A DNA stretch of 64,000 nucleotides from Candidatus Nanoarchaeia archaeon (GTDB taxonomy: Archaea; Nanobdellota; Nanobdellia; Woesearchaeales; DATDTY01): positions 4,008-68,007 of the forward strand of contig DATDTY010000051.1 in assembly GCA_035290625.1 (NCBI GenBank), given 5' to 3'. This document shows positions 29,059 through 38,537 of the stretch, one piece after another. The notes below the pieces were generated by a model, which was not told the origin of the DNA, did no database searches, and saw nothing but the letters and a program-made list of their open reading frames with translations. The translations under genes and the position numbers were made by a program. Position 1 is the first letter of the stretch. Each line of letters starts with the position of its first letter.

Positions 29059-30318
29059 TTGGAATCTATCGAGATCAGTCCAGGCTTCCGCAGGGCGCTC
29101 AGCCTTATTGAAGAGGGCAGCTCAGTGTTCATCACCGGAAAGGCGGGCACCGGGAAATCAACCCTGCTTGGGCATTTCAGGGACACGACAAGGAAGAAGA
29201 TTGCTGTCCTGGCTCCTACAGGAGTAGCTGCAGTCAATGTTGCAGGCCAGACCATCCATTCTTTCTTCAGATTCCCGCCCAGAATCCTGAATCCTGCTGA
29301 TATCAAGCTGCGCTCAGGCAGGATATTCAAACAGCTTGAGGCCCTCGTGATTGATGAGGTTTCCATGGTAAGCGCAAACCTGATGGATGCCATTGATGCT
29401 GCATTGCGGAAGGCAAGGCACAGCAGGGAACTCTTCGGAGGCGTGCAGCTCATCCTTTTCGGAGACCTGTACCAGCTCCCCCCGATAGTCCCGATGACAG
29501 AGAAAAGATATGGCTCTCCCTATTTTTTCAGCTCTGAGGCCATACGCAGGCTTCCTTTGCAGATCGTTGAATTAACCAAGGTTTATCGGCAGAAGGATCA
29601 CCAGTTCATTTCGTTTCTTGATGCAGTCAGGAAAGGAGCGGTTGATAATGCCCATATGGATATGATCAATGCGAGAGTCACGGAGCAGATTCCTGAGGGA
29701 AGCATCATGCTTACGACAACAAATGCTTCTGCCCATGCAAGAAACCAGGCAGAGCTGAGAAAGCTGCCTGGGCCGGAAGCCAGCTATGAGGCAGAGCTTG
29801 ATGGCAATATCTCACCCAGTGATCTGCCTGTGGACTTTGTTCTGCAGTTGAAGAAAGGAAGCAGGGTGATGTTTCTGAAGAATGATCCTGGGAAGAGGTG
29901 GTACAATGGGACGCTTGGCACAGTTGCTGATCTTGGCAAGGATTGGGTTGATGTGAAGACTGACGATGGAATAGCGACAGTTGGAAAAGAGACGTGGGAG
30001 AAGATCCACTACCAGTACGATGCAAAAGAGGACAGGATAACTGCTGCTGTGACAGGGAAGCTCCTCCAGATACCCTTGCGGCTTGCCTGGGCAGTGACCA
30101 TCCATAAGAGCCAGAGCCAGACACTTGACAATGTCTATCTTGATTTTTCTCCGGGAGTCTGGGAATACGGCCAGGCCTATGTTGCGTTGAGCAGATGTCG
30201 GACGCTTGAGGGAATCTCCCTTGGGCATAAGCTGTATGCCTCGCACATCAAAACCGATCCTCGGATCAGGCAGTTCATGGCGAGGCAAAGCGGGCTCACA
30301 GAGTTCTGGGGGGAGTAG
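29059..30318 (+). CDS. PIF1/RecD-like SF1 helicase (short form)
   Basis: Walker A GKAGTGKST, DEVSMV (Walker B), LFGDLYQLPPI, and C-terminal AVTIHKSQSQTLD (SF1 motifs V and VI). Confidence 0.7.
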   Translation: MESIEISPGFRRALSLIEEGSSVFITGKAGTGKSTLLGHFRDTTRKKIAVLAPTGVAAVNVAGQTIHSFFRFPPRILNPADIKLRSGRIFKQLEALVIDEVSMVSANLMDAIDAALRKARHSRELFGGVQLILFGDLYQLPPIVPMTEKRYGSPYFFSSEAIRRLPLQIVELTKVYRQKDHQFISFLDAVRKGAVDNAHMDMINARVTEQIPEGSIMLTTTNASAHARNQAELRKLPGPEASYEAELDGNISPSDLPVDFVLQLKKGSRVMFLKNDPGKRWYNGTLGTVADLGKDWVDVKTDDGIATVGKETWEKIHYQYDAKEDRITAAVTGKLLQIPLRLAWAVTIHKSQSQTLDNVYLDFSPGVWEYGQAYVALSRCRTLEGISLGHKLYASHIKTDPRIRQFMARQSGLTEFWGE

Positions 30319-30371
30319 GCGTAGAGGGGGTTTAAAGCAAGGTAAGCTCAATGCCGCTCCGCCGCCAACCC

Positions 30372-30824
30372 CTAGTTTGATTGATTGGCTAAGTACCCTT
30401 TCCAGCGGGCTTCCAATTGGACGCATTCCCTTTTAAACGCAGCCAGTTTTTGCCCTTTAAAGAGCAGGCTGGACCTCCTGATGTCCTCCCTGACTCTTCC
30501 TAAATGAGGAAGTTCCCCATCCCATCTGTAGAATTCCTCGATTGCCTGAACCAGCTTGCTTGGATCTTCTGCTTCCTTTGGCCCATCATAATCACTTTGA
30601 GTAGGAGTGAAGCTAAAGTAACCTTCATGAGCCCAGGCATAAATCTGCCCTCCAGATACCAGTCCTCTGTCGGTTTCATAGCTCCATCCAAAGATCGGGA
30701 CAGCCTGGATGCCGTCCTCAAACTGCATAGGCATTCCTGTGATATAGGGCTTCCAATGAGCTTTTCCCATGGCCGAGAGGTGCCAGTAAGCCATATAAAG
30801 ATTTGTTTCTGCTTCGGCGAAAAC
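30372..30824 (-). CDS. Hypothetical protein (about 150 aa)
   Basis: The ORF 30372-30995 overlaps the polB 3' end. An internal Met start is preferred. No motif recognised. Confidence 0.3.
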   Translation of the reverse strand, partial: VFAEAETNLYMAYWHLSAMGKAHWKPYITGMPMQFEDGIQAVPIFGWSYETDRGLVSGGQIYAWAHEGYFSFTPTQSDYDGPKEAEDPSKLVQAIEEFYRWDGELPHLGRVREDIRRSSLLFKGQKLAAFKRECVQLEARWKGYLANQSN

Positions 30825-30843
30825 CATCTGTCCAACAGCGGAT

Positions 30844-33285
30844 TCACACAAACCACGCATCCAGTTTCTTCTGGTCTTTTGGAGCAACAAGGTTTTCTCT
30901 GGAATAGCCGAGGACTTCAAAGATCTTGTCCACAGCAGGGACGACCTGGTTATGAATATAGTAATCTGCATCGTACTCGCCTTCCTGCACTTCATCAGGA
31001 AGCTTGACCCTTTCCCTCACCTTTTCAGAGCCTGGCGTGATGATAAATTTTATCAGGGATCCCAGCGCTATTGTCTGGCCGCGCTGCTGCATGCGCCTTG
31101 CTGCTGCGACATGAGGGCCAATTGCCTCATAGCTAGCCATCTCCTTCTGGAGCCTGGTGTACATAATGACTTTTTCACAAGGAACCTTCCTTTCCCTGAG
31201 CTGCCTGATGACAGCCTGGGCGCAATTGAAAGCCTTTTCAGGATTCTGCTCCTTGAGGATGATATTCAGGACCTCAATCTGCGTTTCTTTTGCGACTGCA
31301 GACCAGTTTCTCCGCACAGTCTCAAAACCCCTGATCTTGATCTCTCTTTTTTCAGACAGGAGCGCGTACTTCTTCTTTGCCCCATACGGGCCAAGTTTTG
31401 CAGACACAAAGATGCCTGCAGGGTAATGGCCTTCATACTCGAGCTCCATCAGGCCAGGCAGGTCCCGGTTGATTTCAGCAACAAAGTCAGTTGCTTTTTT
31501 GAGCGGATTTTCTTTGAGAAGGAAGAATACGCTATCAGTGTCTGAATAGATCACCTCAAAGCCTTTTGCCTGCGCTCCATCAATAACCTTATGGATGTAG
31601 AATCTGGCAAGCGCGGTTGTTGAAGAGGCTGACTCCAAGCTGTACCATCTGCTCATGTAGAACCCTAAATAACCGTAGAAGGAGTTTCCTAACAATTTTA
31701 AGGCGTTGGAGCGCGCTTTCAAGAATTCGTCCTGGGATTCCCTGAGGATCTCCTTGATGCGCATCCTCCGTGTGATCAGCTCTTCGATCAGAAGCGGAAT
31801 AAATCCCTTCTGCTTTTCGCAGAACCACCACTCTTTGCCCTCTAACGGAACTTTCTTTGCAGACAAGGAGCAGCAGGTGCAGTTGAATGTCGCAGGAGAG
31901 ATGTTATGCGAGGAGATAATGGAAGGATACAGGCTGCGGTAGTCATACACCATGATGTCCTTGTAGAGCCCGGGCTTTGGCTGGAAGACAAACGCGCCTT
32001 GGTAGGATTTCGCGAGGCGCTCCTTTGATTGCTGGGAAGAAGGCTTGTTGGGAGCAAGCTGGTTATGAGCTTTTGCTTCCTTCAGGAGATACCATTCAAC
32101 GAGCTGGGAGAAGCCCATCCTGTTGACTTCGTATAAGGTCAGGCCAACAATCTTGACCATCTCGACAATTGTTGGAAGGTTTTTTACTGCTAACTGGTAG
32201 GTGAGGAAGGCATCATGAAGGTTGTAGGTGCAGAAGCGCTCCAGCTCTTCGGGGTTATTGTCCCATATGGCATAGAGATTGTCAAGATCCACTTCCTGCT
32301 TCCTGATGCCAAGCATCTCCTCTGCAATCGCATCAAGGCCATAGGTTTCTGTGTCAAGGCTTCTTCCGATGATTTTGCTTATGAATCTGAAGACGTCGAA
32401 ATGAGGGATTCCAGCGATGTATGCTTTGATTGTCATGCCTGAAGAAATCTTGAGAGGGCTATTGTCCATTCCAATATCCAGATTCACCTTATTGATTTCA
32501 GCCCTTGTTTTTATGTATGGAAGGTCAAAGCCGTCTGAGTAATAGCCTGTGAGGATGTCAGGATTCTGCTCTTTTATAATCTGGACAAACCTCTCGAGCA
32601 AGGATTTCTCTGAGTCAAGGAATTCGATATACGTATTCTGGGTGGAGAATCTCTTCCAGGTCAGCACTTTCTTGTACTCCTTTCCGTGAAGCGCGATCAT
32701 CAGGATAGGATTCTTGTTCATGTCCATCTGCTTGCCTTCAGGATTATACGTTTCTATGTCCAGGCTGAGGATGTTCGGGTCAGCTAAGGTCTGTGGGTCT
32801 TCAGAAGGCTTAATCTTTTCTGCTTTGAAGATGTTGTTTTCCGTCTTTCCTTCAGCAGTGCAGGCAGTCATAGGAACAAGAGAGGTATCGATCATGTAGC
32901 GGTTTACAAAGAGGATATCATATTCATGTATTGATTCAATGATATCCCATACCTTGACTGCCTCTCTCAGGACAGGAACATCCCTGGGAAGGTTTGTGTA
33001 TGCTTTAATTGCCTCAACCTCTTTTCCATTGAGATTTTTCTTACGGATCTCAGTACGGCTTATCTCTGAGACTTCTGCGTTGTTCTGGATCTTCAGTTTT
33101 GTCAGCTTTTCCTGTACATTGTCAAGCTGGCCTGGCTTGGGGATAATCCAGAAATAAGGCCGGAAGGTGTCGTCTTCAATGATAAGTCTCTTTCCATCCA
33201 ATGTTCTTGCAAACAGAACGATAATAGGCTTGTTCTCTGCCACTCGGTAGGTGATGTCCAGGAGGTAGAAATCTATGGCTGGCAT
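30844..33285 (-). CDS. polB: DNA polymerase, family B (with 3'-5' exonuclease)
   Basis: Exo I LSLDIETYN, Pol A DYRSLYPSII, Pol C IYSDTDSVFF, KxxxNSFYG. 813 aa. Confidence 0.9.
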   Translation of the reverse strand: MPAIDFYLLDITYRVAENKPIIVLFARTLDGKRLIIEDDTFRPYFWIIPKPGQLDNVQEKLTKLKIQNNAEVSEISRTEIRKKNLNGKEVEAIKAYTNLPRDVPVLREAVKVWDIIESIHEYDILFVNRYMIDTSLVPMTACTAEGKTENNIFKAEKIKPSEDPQTLADPNILSLDIETYNPEGKQMDMNKNPILMIALHGKEYKKVLTWKRFSTQNTYIEFLDSEKSLLERFVQIIKEQNPDILTGYYSDGFDLPYIKTRAEINKVNLDIGMDNSPLKISSGMTIKAYIAGIPHFDVFRFISKIIGRSLDTETYGLDAIAEEMLGIRKQEVDLDNLYAIWDNNPEELERFCTYNLHDAFLTYQLAVKNLPTIVEMVKIVGLTLYEVNRMGFSQLVEWYLLKEAKAHNQLAPNKPSSQQSKERLAKSYQGAFVFQPKPGLYKDIMVYDYRSLYPSIISSHNISPATFNCTCCSLSAKKVPLEGKEWWFCEKQKGFIPLLIEELITRRMRIKEILRESQDEFLKARSNALKLLGNSFYGYLGFYMSRWYSLESASSTTALARFYIHKVIDGAQAKGFEVIYSDTDSVFFLLKENPLKKATDFVAEINRDLPGLMELEYEGHYPAGIFVSAKLGPYGAKKKYALLSEKREIKIRGFETVRRNWSAVAKETQIEVLNIILKEQNPEKAFNCAQAVIRQLRERKVPCEKVIMYTRLQKEMASYEAIGPHVAAARRMQQRGQTIALGSLIKFIITPGSEKVRERVKLPDEVQEGEYDADYYIHNQVVPAVDKIFEVLGYSRENLVAPKDQKKLDAWFV

Positions 33286-33501
33286 AGAACCTAGAAAGGG
33301 AAGTTTGTTTATAAATGTAAAGGTAAATTATTTATAGTTTAAATGAATGGAAGTATCGTATATGGAAGAATGGGAGCATGGACTGGAAGGCGTGCATCAG
33401 TCACGCAAGAGAAAATGCCCTGCATGCTCTTCTTTCAATGTCATTATTGATTCCAGGCTTGGCAGGATTCACTGCGTAGAATGCAGCTATGAGGGGAGGA
33501 G

Positions 33502-34479
33502 CTAGGCAATCTTATAGAGGTCTTCGTTTCCTTCCCTAAGAGGAAACTTTTTTGTATGTGTTGCATTCACAATAAGAGCTACGGTTTCGAGAGGAAGGAC
33601 AGCTGTAGCCTTCTCTACAGAGGCATTCGGATAGCTTGGCTGGCCTTTGCCGTACATTTTGAATTCAAAGAGGAGAGGCGCATCTACTTTTTCAGGAATG
33701 CTTACTTTATTTTTGCCCATCGATGTTCCAGAATAAATTCCCTTTAAAACATTTTCAACGATGCTCTGAGGTATTGTGCCTCCTTTTCCTTTCTTGTAGA
33801 TGTTTCCTGGGTCAATAGCCCTGTTCGGGATATTTTCCAGTGTAGGTGAAGCTAAGAATCGTTTAAGGGTCTTGGAAACCTCCTCAGATTCGCCAGGGTT
33901 GTTTGGATTCCAGCGCTTTCCTGCTTCCATGATGTAGGTTACGAGATTGTTATTCTTAGCCGCAGAAGGGGAGAGCTTAAAATCAATGCTCTTCTGCGAT
34001 TTGGATGCATCCTCTCCTGCATTCCACAGTGGTCCGTATGCCCCCAGCATCGCATACCATAGTATTTCCTCGACAGGGCCCTGAAGTTTAAAGGAAGAGG
34101 AATTTGCTGTTTTAATGCCTTCCAGCCAGTTGAGATAATCTATGACCTTTTGCTCTACAGTCATGCGCTTAATGAGAGGACCAGAGTTATTTTGCAAATA
34201 GGTCTGGAGATCAATTAGCAAAGGCATAGGGTCATCCTTGTTTTGAGCGAGCAGAGGAGAAGGCATTCGGCCTGTTAAACGAGTGAAGAGCTGAGCCACC
34301 AGAGTATTGTTCTTCGGATTGATGAGATCCTGCGCAACAGAGTCTTGGCCTTTTTGGATTCTTTTCTTCGGGCTCAACTCATGCTGCAAAACCTGGTGGA
34401 TATTGTACAAGTCTGCAGCCTTAGTGGAGTCCACTAAAGCCGTCTGATAAGGTAAGAGCCCCGTCATTTTGTCTGCCAT
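33502..34479 (-). CDS. Hypothetical protein (325 aa, N/K-rich)
   Basis: Intact ORF downstream of an AT-rich region. No motif recognised. Confidence 0.4.
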   Translation of the reverse strand: MADKMTGLLPYQTALVDSTKAADLYNIHQVLQHELSPKKRIQKGQDSVAQDLINPKNNTLVAQLFTRLTGRMPSPLLAQNKDDPMPLLIDLQTYLQNNSGPLIKRMTVEQKVIDYLNWLEGIKTANSSSFKLQGPVEEILWYAMLGAYGPLWNAGEDASKSQKSIDFKLSPSAAKNNNLVTYIMEAGKRWNPNNPGESEEVSKTLKRFLASPTLENIPNRAIDPGNIYKKGKGGTIPQSIVENVLKGIYSGTSMGKNKVSIPEKVDAPLLFEFKMYGKGQPSYPNASVEKATAVLPLETVALIVNATHTKKFPLREGNEDLYKIA

Positions 34480-34722
34480 TTTTGTGTTCTTTTTGTTGAT
34501 TATGTATATATTAGTATACCTTTTGGTATATTAATTTTTGGTTTGTTATATTTTGGTTTGTTATAATTACCTTTGATATATCCTCTGAGGGTATGTAAAC
34601 ATAGCTCCTTTATTAATCTTTTGTTTTTAGTATCACTATACAGGGACTATAAGTTATCGGAACATTTTTATAGGAAGAGCAAGAGACATACCCATTGGGG
34701 GAAATTGTAAAGAGGTGATAGT

Positions 34723-35022
34723 ATGGTGGAATGTATGCCTGTTATCGATTTGTCTGACAAAATCCAGGATGGCTCTTTAGAGAAGAGCATAGTAAGGATG
34801 GCTCCAAAGCCGGATTCACCAAGATTCAAAACTGAGGTGGATTACTTTCTTGCTGCTCTTGAGTCCTATAAAACCATGGCTGAAAGCCAAGGGGTGAGAG
34901 GGATAGGAGACCGGCTGCTTGAACTCTCAAATTTCTACAGGCAACATCATAAGTATGATGGGGCGAAACAGGTTGAAGAGAAGATTGCGTACTGGATTAT
35001 CCAGGACATCCTGGCAGCTTGA
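34723..35022 (+). CDS. Small hypothetical protein (99 aa)
   Basis: ORF preceded by the SD-like sequence AAAGAGGTGA. No homology evidence. Confidence 0.3.
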   Translation: MVECMPVIDLSDKIQDGSLEKSIVRMAPKPDSPRFKTEVDYFLAALESYKTMAESQGVRGIGDRLLELSNFYRQHHKYDGAKQVEEKIAYWIIQDILAA

Positions 35023-35142
35023 TCTAGGGGGTTGATCAAAATTATGTTTTTTCTGATCATCACATCAGAATAGCATAAAGAATACCATAAGCAATTGTTT
35101 TTTCAGCTACTGCAAAAACATAAATTATATTAATCAGTTGGA

Positions 35143-35892
35143 GTGCTAAAGTTAACGATGGTGAAGCAATGGAGCATATTCCTCAACAGTGTCTTTTTTG
35201 TGCTTGGATTTAGTGTGATTTTCTCGTTGGTTGGAGTGCTGCTGCAGAGCATATTAAGCGATGTTTCGTATGAAGCACAGATCTGGCTTGGCAGGGTTGG
35301 CGGGCTGCTGATTATTTTCTTTGGGCTCTATCTTTTGGGCTTAATCAGGATCCCTTTTTTGGAGAGGGAGCACAAACTCCATGTCAAGAAGAGATTCAGA
35401 AGCTCGTATATCACCTCATTTGTATTCGGGGCTGCCTTTGCAGTGGGCTGGACTCCTTGCGTCGGAGCTGTTCTAGGAGCAATACTGTCTTTTGCTGCAA
35501 CCAACCCGTCAATAGCATTTTTTTTGCTTTTAGCGTACAGCCTTGGGTTGGGAATTCCTTTTTTGGTTGTTGGCCTGTTTACGACGCAGATTTCAGTCTG
35601 GCTGCAGAAGGAGCATTCCTGGCTGAAATGGGTGAATATGGTGTTTGGGGTTATCCTTATTTTATTGGGGATACTGGTGTTTACAAATCAGCTCAGCAGG
35701 ATTGCTTCCCTGCAGTTTGCAAGCGATATCCTGATCAGATTTAATCAGGCAGGGATTGGGTTTAGCGGAGAAGGTGTTGGAATCGGGATTGCTTTCTTGG
35801 CAGGCCTTGTTTCGTTTTTAAGCCCATGCATCCTTCCCCTGATTCCTGCATTCCTGGCGTATCTGGGAAGCACGGTAAAGAGGGAAGGATGA
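35143..35892 (+). CDS. ccdA: CcdA/DsbD-family transmembrane thiol-disulfide electron transporter
   Basis: Six TM helices. Conserved Cys in GWTPCVGAVLG and FLSPCILPLIPA. Confidence 0.75.
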   Translation: MLKLTMVKQWSIFLNSVFFVLGFSVIFSLVGVLLQSILSDVSYEAQIWLGRVGGLLIIFFGLYLLGLIRIPFLEREHKLHVKKRFRSSYITSFVFGAAFAVGWTPCVGAVLGAILSFAATNPSIAFFLLLAYSLGLGIPFLVVGLFTTQISVWLQKEHSWLKWVNMVFGVILILLGILVFTNQLSRIASLQFASDILIRFNQAGIGFSGEGVGIGIAFLAGLVSFLSPCILPLIPAFLAYLGSTVKREG

Positions 35893-37013
35893 AAAAGAAC
35901 CATGTCCTGGTTATCGTGGTAATCCTTATCATAGCTGCCATCGCCTATCTGGAGAGCGCCAGCCCAAAGATCCAGGAGGTTGAGGTTAAGGCAGCCCCTC
36001 GTGAGTATAAGGTATTAGAAGAGGTGTTGGCTGAAAAATCACAGGCATACAAAGCTGCGCCTGAATTAGCAGGCATTTCCGGGCATATCAACACAGACGG
36101 GAATATCAGCATCGGAGGCCTGAAGGGAAAAGTCGTTCTGGTCGATTTCTGGACCTATACCTGCATCAACTGCATCAGGACGCTTCCGTATCTCAAGATG
36201 TGGGATGAGAAATACAGGAATGAGGGGCTCGTCATTATCGGTGTTCATACGCCTGAGTTTGAGTTTGAGAAAGAATACGGAAATGTGTTAAATGCCGTTG
36301 AGGAGCATGGGATTCAGTATCCTGTTGTCCAGGATAATGATTATGCAACCTGGAGGGCATTCCAGAACAGGTTTTGGCCAAGAAAATACCTGATTGACAT
36401 TGACGGGTTTATTGTATATGACCACATTGGAGAAGGAGCCTATAAAGAAACTGAGGAAAAGATCCAGGATCTTCTTAAAGAGAGGATGGAAAAAGAGGGT
36501 GTTGCGAAGGAGCTTCCTGAATCTGCAGGAGAGCTTCCAGAAGCTGTTAAGGTAACAGGGAGGGTTGGAACTCCTGAGATTTATTTAGGCTCTGGCTTTT
36601 ACAGGGGAAACTTCGGAAACAAGGAAGGACTGGCTGTCTCTGGGCCTGTCGAGTATACACTGCCTGAGGAGCTGCAGCACAATACCGCCTATTTTGAGGG
36701 AACTTGGGTTACAGAAAATGATGCATCAAGGCTTGTGAGCGAAACTGGAAAGATTGTGCTTCCCTATGATGCAAAGGTGGTTAATATTGTCGCAGGAGCG
36801 ATGAATGAGAGCGAGATTGCCGTATTTGTGGATGGCAGGCCTGAGGATAAGGAATCAAAAGGAGCAGACATAGAGCTTGTTAATGGCAAGCCAATTGGCA
36901 GGATACAGGATCACCGCTTGTACAGCCTTGTGGAGTATCAGTATGGGCAGCATGTTGTCGAGATTGAGGTGAAAGGAAAAGGATTTATGATTTACACCTT
37001 CACGTTCGGATAG
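35889..37013 (+). CDS. TlpA/ResA-like thioredoxin-fold oxidoreductase (CINC active site) with extra C-terminal domain
   Basis: ATGA overlap with ccdA. N-terminal TM anchor, then WTYTCINCIRTLPYL (CxxC thioredoxin motif), then an approximately 180-aa domain of unknown function. Confidence 0.7.
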   Translation: MKKNHVLVIVVILIIAAIAYLESASPKIQEVEVKAAPREYKVLEEVLAEKSQAYKAAPELAGISGHINTDGNISIGGLKGKVVLVDFWTYTCINCIRTLPYLKMWDEKYRNEGLVIIGVHTPEFEFEKEYGNVLNAVEEHGIQYPVVQDNDYATWRAFQNRFWPRKYLIDIDGFIVYDHIGEGAYKETEEKIQDLLKERMEKEGVAKELPESAGELPEAVKVTGRVGTPEIYLGSGFYRGNFGNKEGLAVSGPVEYTLPEELQHNTAYFEGTWVTENDASRLVSETGKIVLPYDAKVVNIVAGAMNESEIAVFVDGRPEDKESKGADIELVNGKPIGRIQDHRLYSLVEYQYGQHVVEIEVKGKGFMIYTFTFG

Positions 37014-37292
37014 CTCTGTAGAAAATCTCGTTTTGCTCGGGCAGCATCAGGTTCGCCTCGCATAGCCTTAAGTTCAAAGCGACATATCCCCGCAACCTTT
37101 TTCCGCTCGCTACGCTTGCGCAAAAAGCTTGACCAGAAAAGAGTGGGTTACTGCGTAACCCACAAAGGGCGGTTCGGAGGGCTTCATGCCCTCCTTAAGC
37201 ACTTTTGGTCGAACTTTTGGTAAAAGGTCGTGGGACACCCCCCTTGTCGCTGCTAACTTCTTTGTTTCCAAGGCTCACATAGGATGCTGCCC

Positions 37293-37937
37293 TTATTTTC
37301 CACAGAGCCCGTTCGGATAGGATTGATAGAATTCTGAGCAGAGCTTTATCGCAAGGCTGCTCTCCCTGGACTGGAGGCACAAAAGCCTGAGATTCCTGAG
37401 CAATGCGATTCTCTGGACAAAATAGATCAGTTCCCGCCGTGTCAGGCCTGCTCCGCCAGCAACTCTCTCATGGATGAAGACAGCAGCATGAGCATACTTG
37501 TTTGTGGCAGCAAGGATATTGTCTGAAACCTCCTGCACCCCTTCAACAGAAATCTCTTTCATCGCATAATTCTTAAGCCTGTTTTCCCTGAAGAAATTGT
37601 ATCCGAGGAGGTCATAGGAATGGCTGCCAGCATACACAACTGCCTCCTTCTGGATCCCTCCCTGTTTTATTGCCTGGAGGAGGCAGGGGAACAAGGACTC
37701 CTTTGCTGCAAGGTTGGAGTCAAACACAATCACAGCGCAATTCCCAAGGCCTGCGCAGAGATCAAGGATTTCTGCAATGCTGTCATCGTCTCCCAGAAGC
37801 ACAGCACAACGACGGCCTGAGGCAAGTTCCTGGCTGATGTGATCGCTGTTGAGATCCTCGATTTCCAGGGAAACAGAACAGCCTGATTCGTTGAGTATCG
37901 TTTTTGCAGGCAGAGGATTCTCAGTAAAGATTTTCAT
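37293..37937 (-). CDS. Hypothetical protein (214 aa)
   Basis: Intact ORF. The C-terminal codons run into the structured G-rich intergenic repeat. No family assigned. Confidence 0.35.
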   Translation of the reverse strand: MKIFTENPLPAKTILNESGCSVSLEIEDLNSDHISQELASGRRCAVLLGDDDSIAEILDLCAGLGNCAVIVFDSNLAAKESLFPCLLQAIKQGGIQKEAVVYAGSHSYDLLGYNFFRENRLKNYAMKEISVEGVQEVSDNILAATNKYAHAAVFIHERVAGGAGLTRRELIYFVQRIALLRNLRLLCLQSRESSLAIKLCSEFYQSYPNGLCGK

Positions 37938-38066
37938 AAAGTCGTAGGGCGCATGCCTCCAGACGCCCTATTTGCCATCTCGTGTATTGAGGTTAGTAAT
38001 TGGTTCTGCAATCTCTCTCTTTATCTCTTTTTCTTGGGTTGCTGGGTTGCTAATTCGGAAATCCTA

Positions 38067-38486
38067 TTAATCAGAGTCCTGCCTACCTGATTTTTTATGT
38101 TCTATCGTATCCGCGTCCTTCATTGCGGCAATCATCTGCTGAATGGCAATATAAGCTCCTGCTCCAAACATTTCTTCAGCTAAATCCTTTTTTGACATTG
38201 CTTTAAGCTCTTCTTTTCGTTCACTCCAAATATCCGGAAAAGCCTCTTCCATCAAAGAATTAGTCATGTTTTCAGGGATAATCTCTTCCATCTTGTCCAT
38301 AGGGATATCAACGTGGATTTCTCCTAAGTCTTCCCCTTTCGCCAATTCCCCTGCGTTCTGAAAGCAATCATAGCACATGTGCTTCTTTGATTTTTGCAGC
38401 ATATCCTTGGGGCATTCAATTTCCTTGCCGCAAAAAGTGCAGTTGACTTTTACTGATTCTTTCTTGTCTTCCCTGATATCCCTCAC
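38067..38486 (-). CDS. Zinc-ribbon protein (CxxC...CxxC)
   Basis: CTFCGKEIECP...CYDCF pair of CxxC knuckles near the N-terminus; acidic C-terminus. Confidence 0.4.
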   Translation of the reverse strand: MRDIREDKKESVKVNCTFCGKEIECPKDMLQKSKKHMCYDCFQNAGELAKGEDLGEIHVDIPMDKMEEIIPENMTNSLMEEAFPDIWSERKEELKAMSKKDLAEEMFGAGAYIAIQQMIAAMKDADTIEHKKSGRQDSD

Positions 38487-38537
38487 CCCTTACACAGCAA
38501 TTTCAGACCATAATGAACGGTTTTTTCTTTTTTCATT

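Noticed and set aside
30504-32442. Several plus-strand ORFs (30504-31007, 30952-31545, 31157-31426, 31706-31942, 32215-32442)
   Set aside because: Antisense to the family-B DNA polymerase gene. No motifs.
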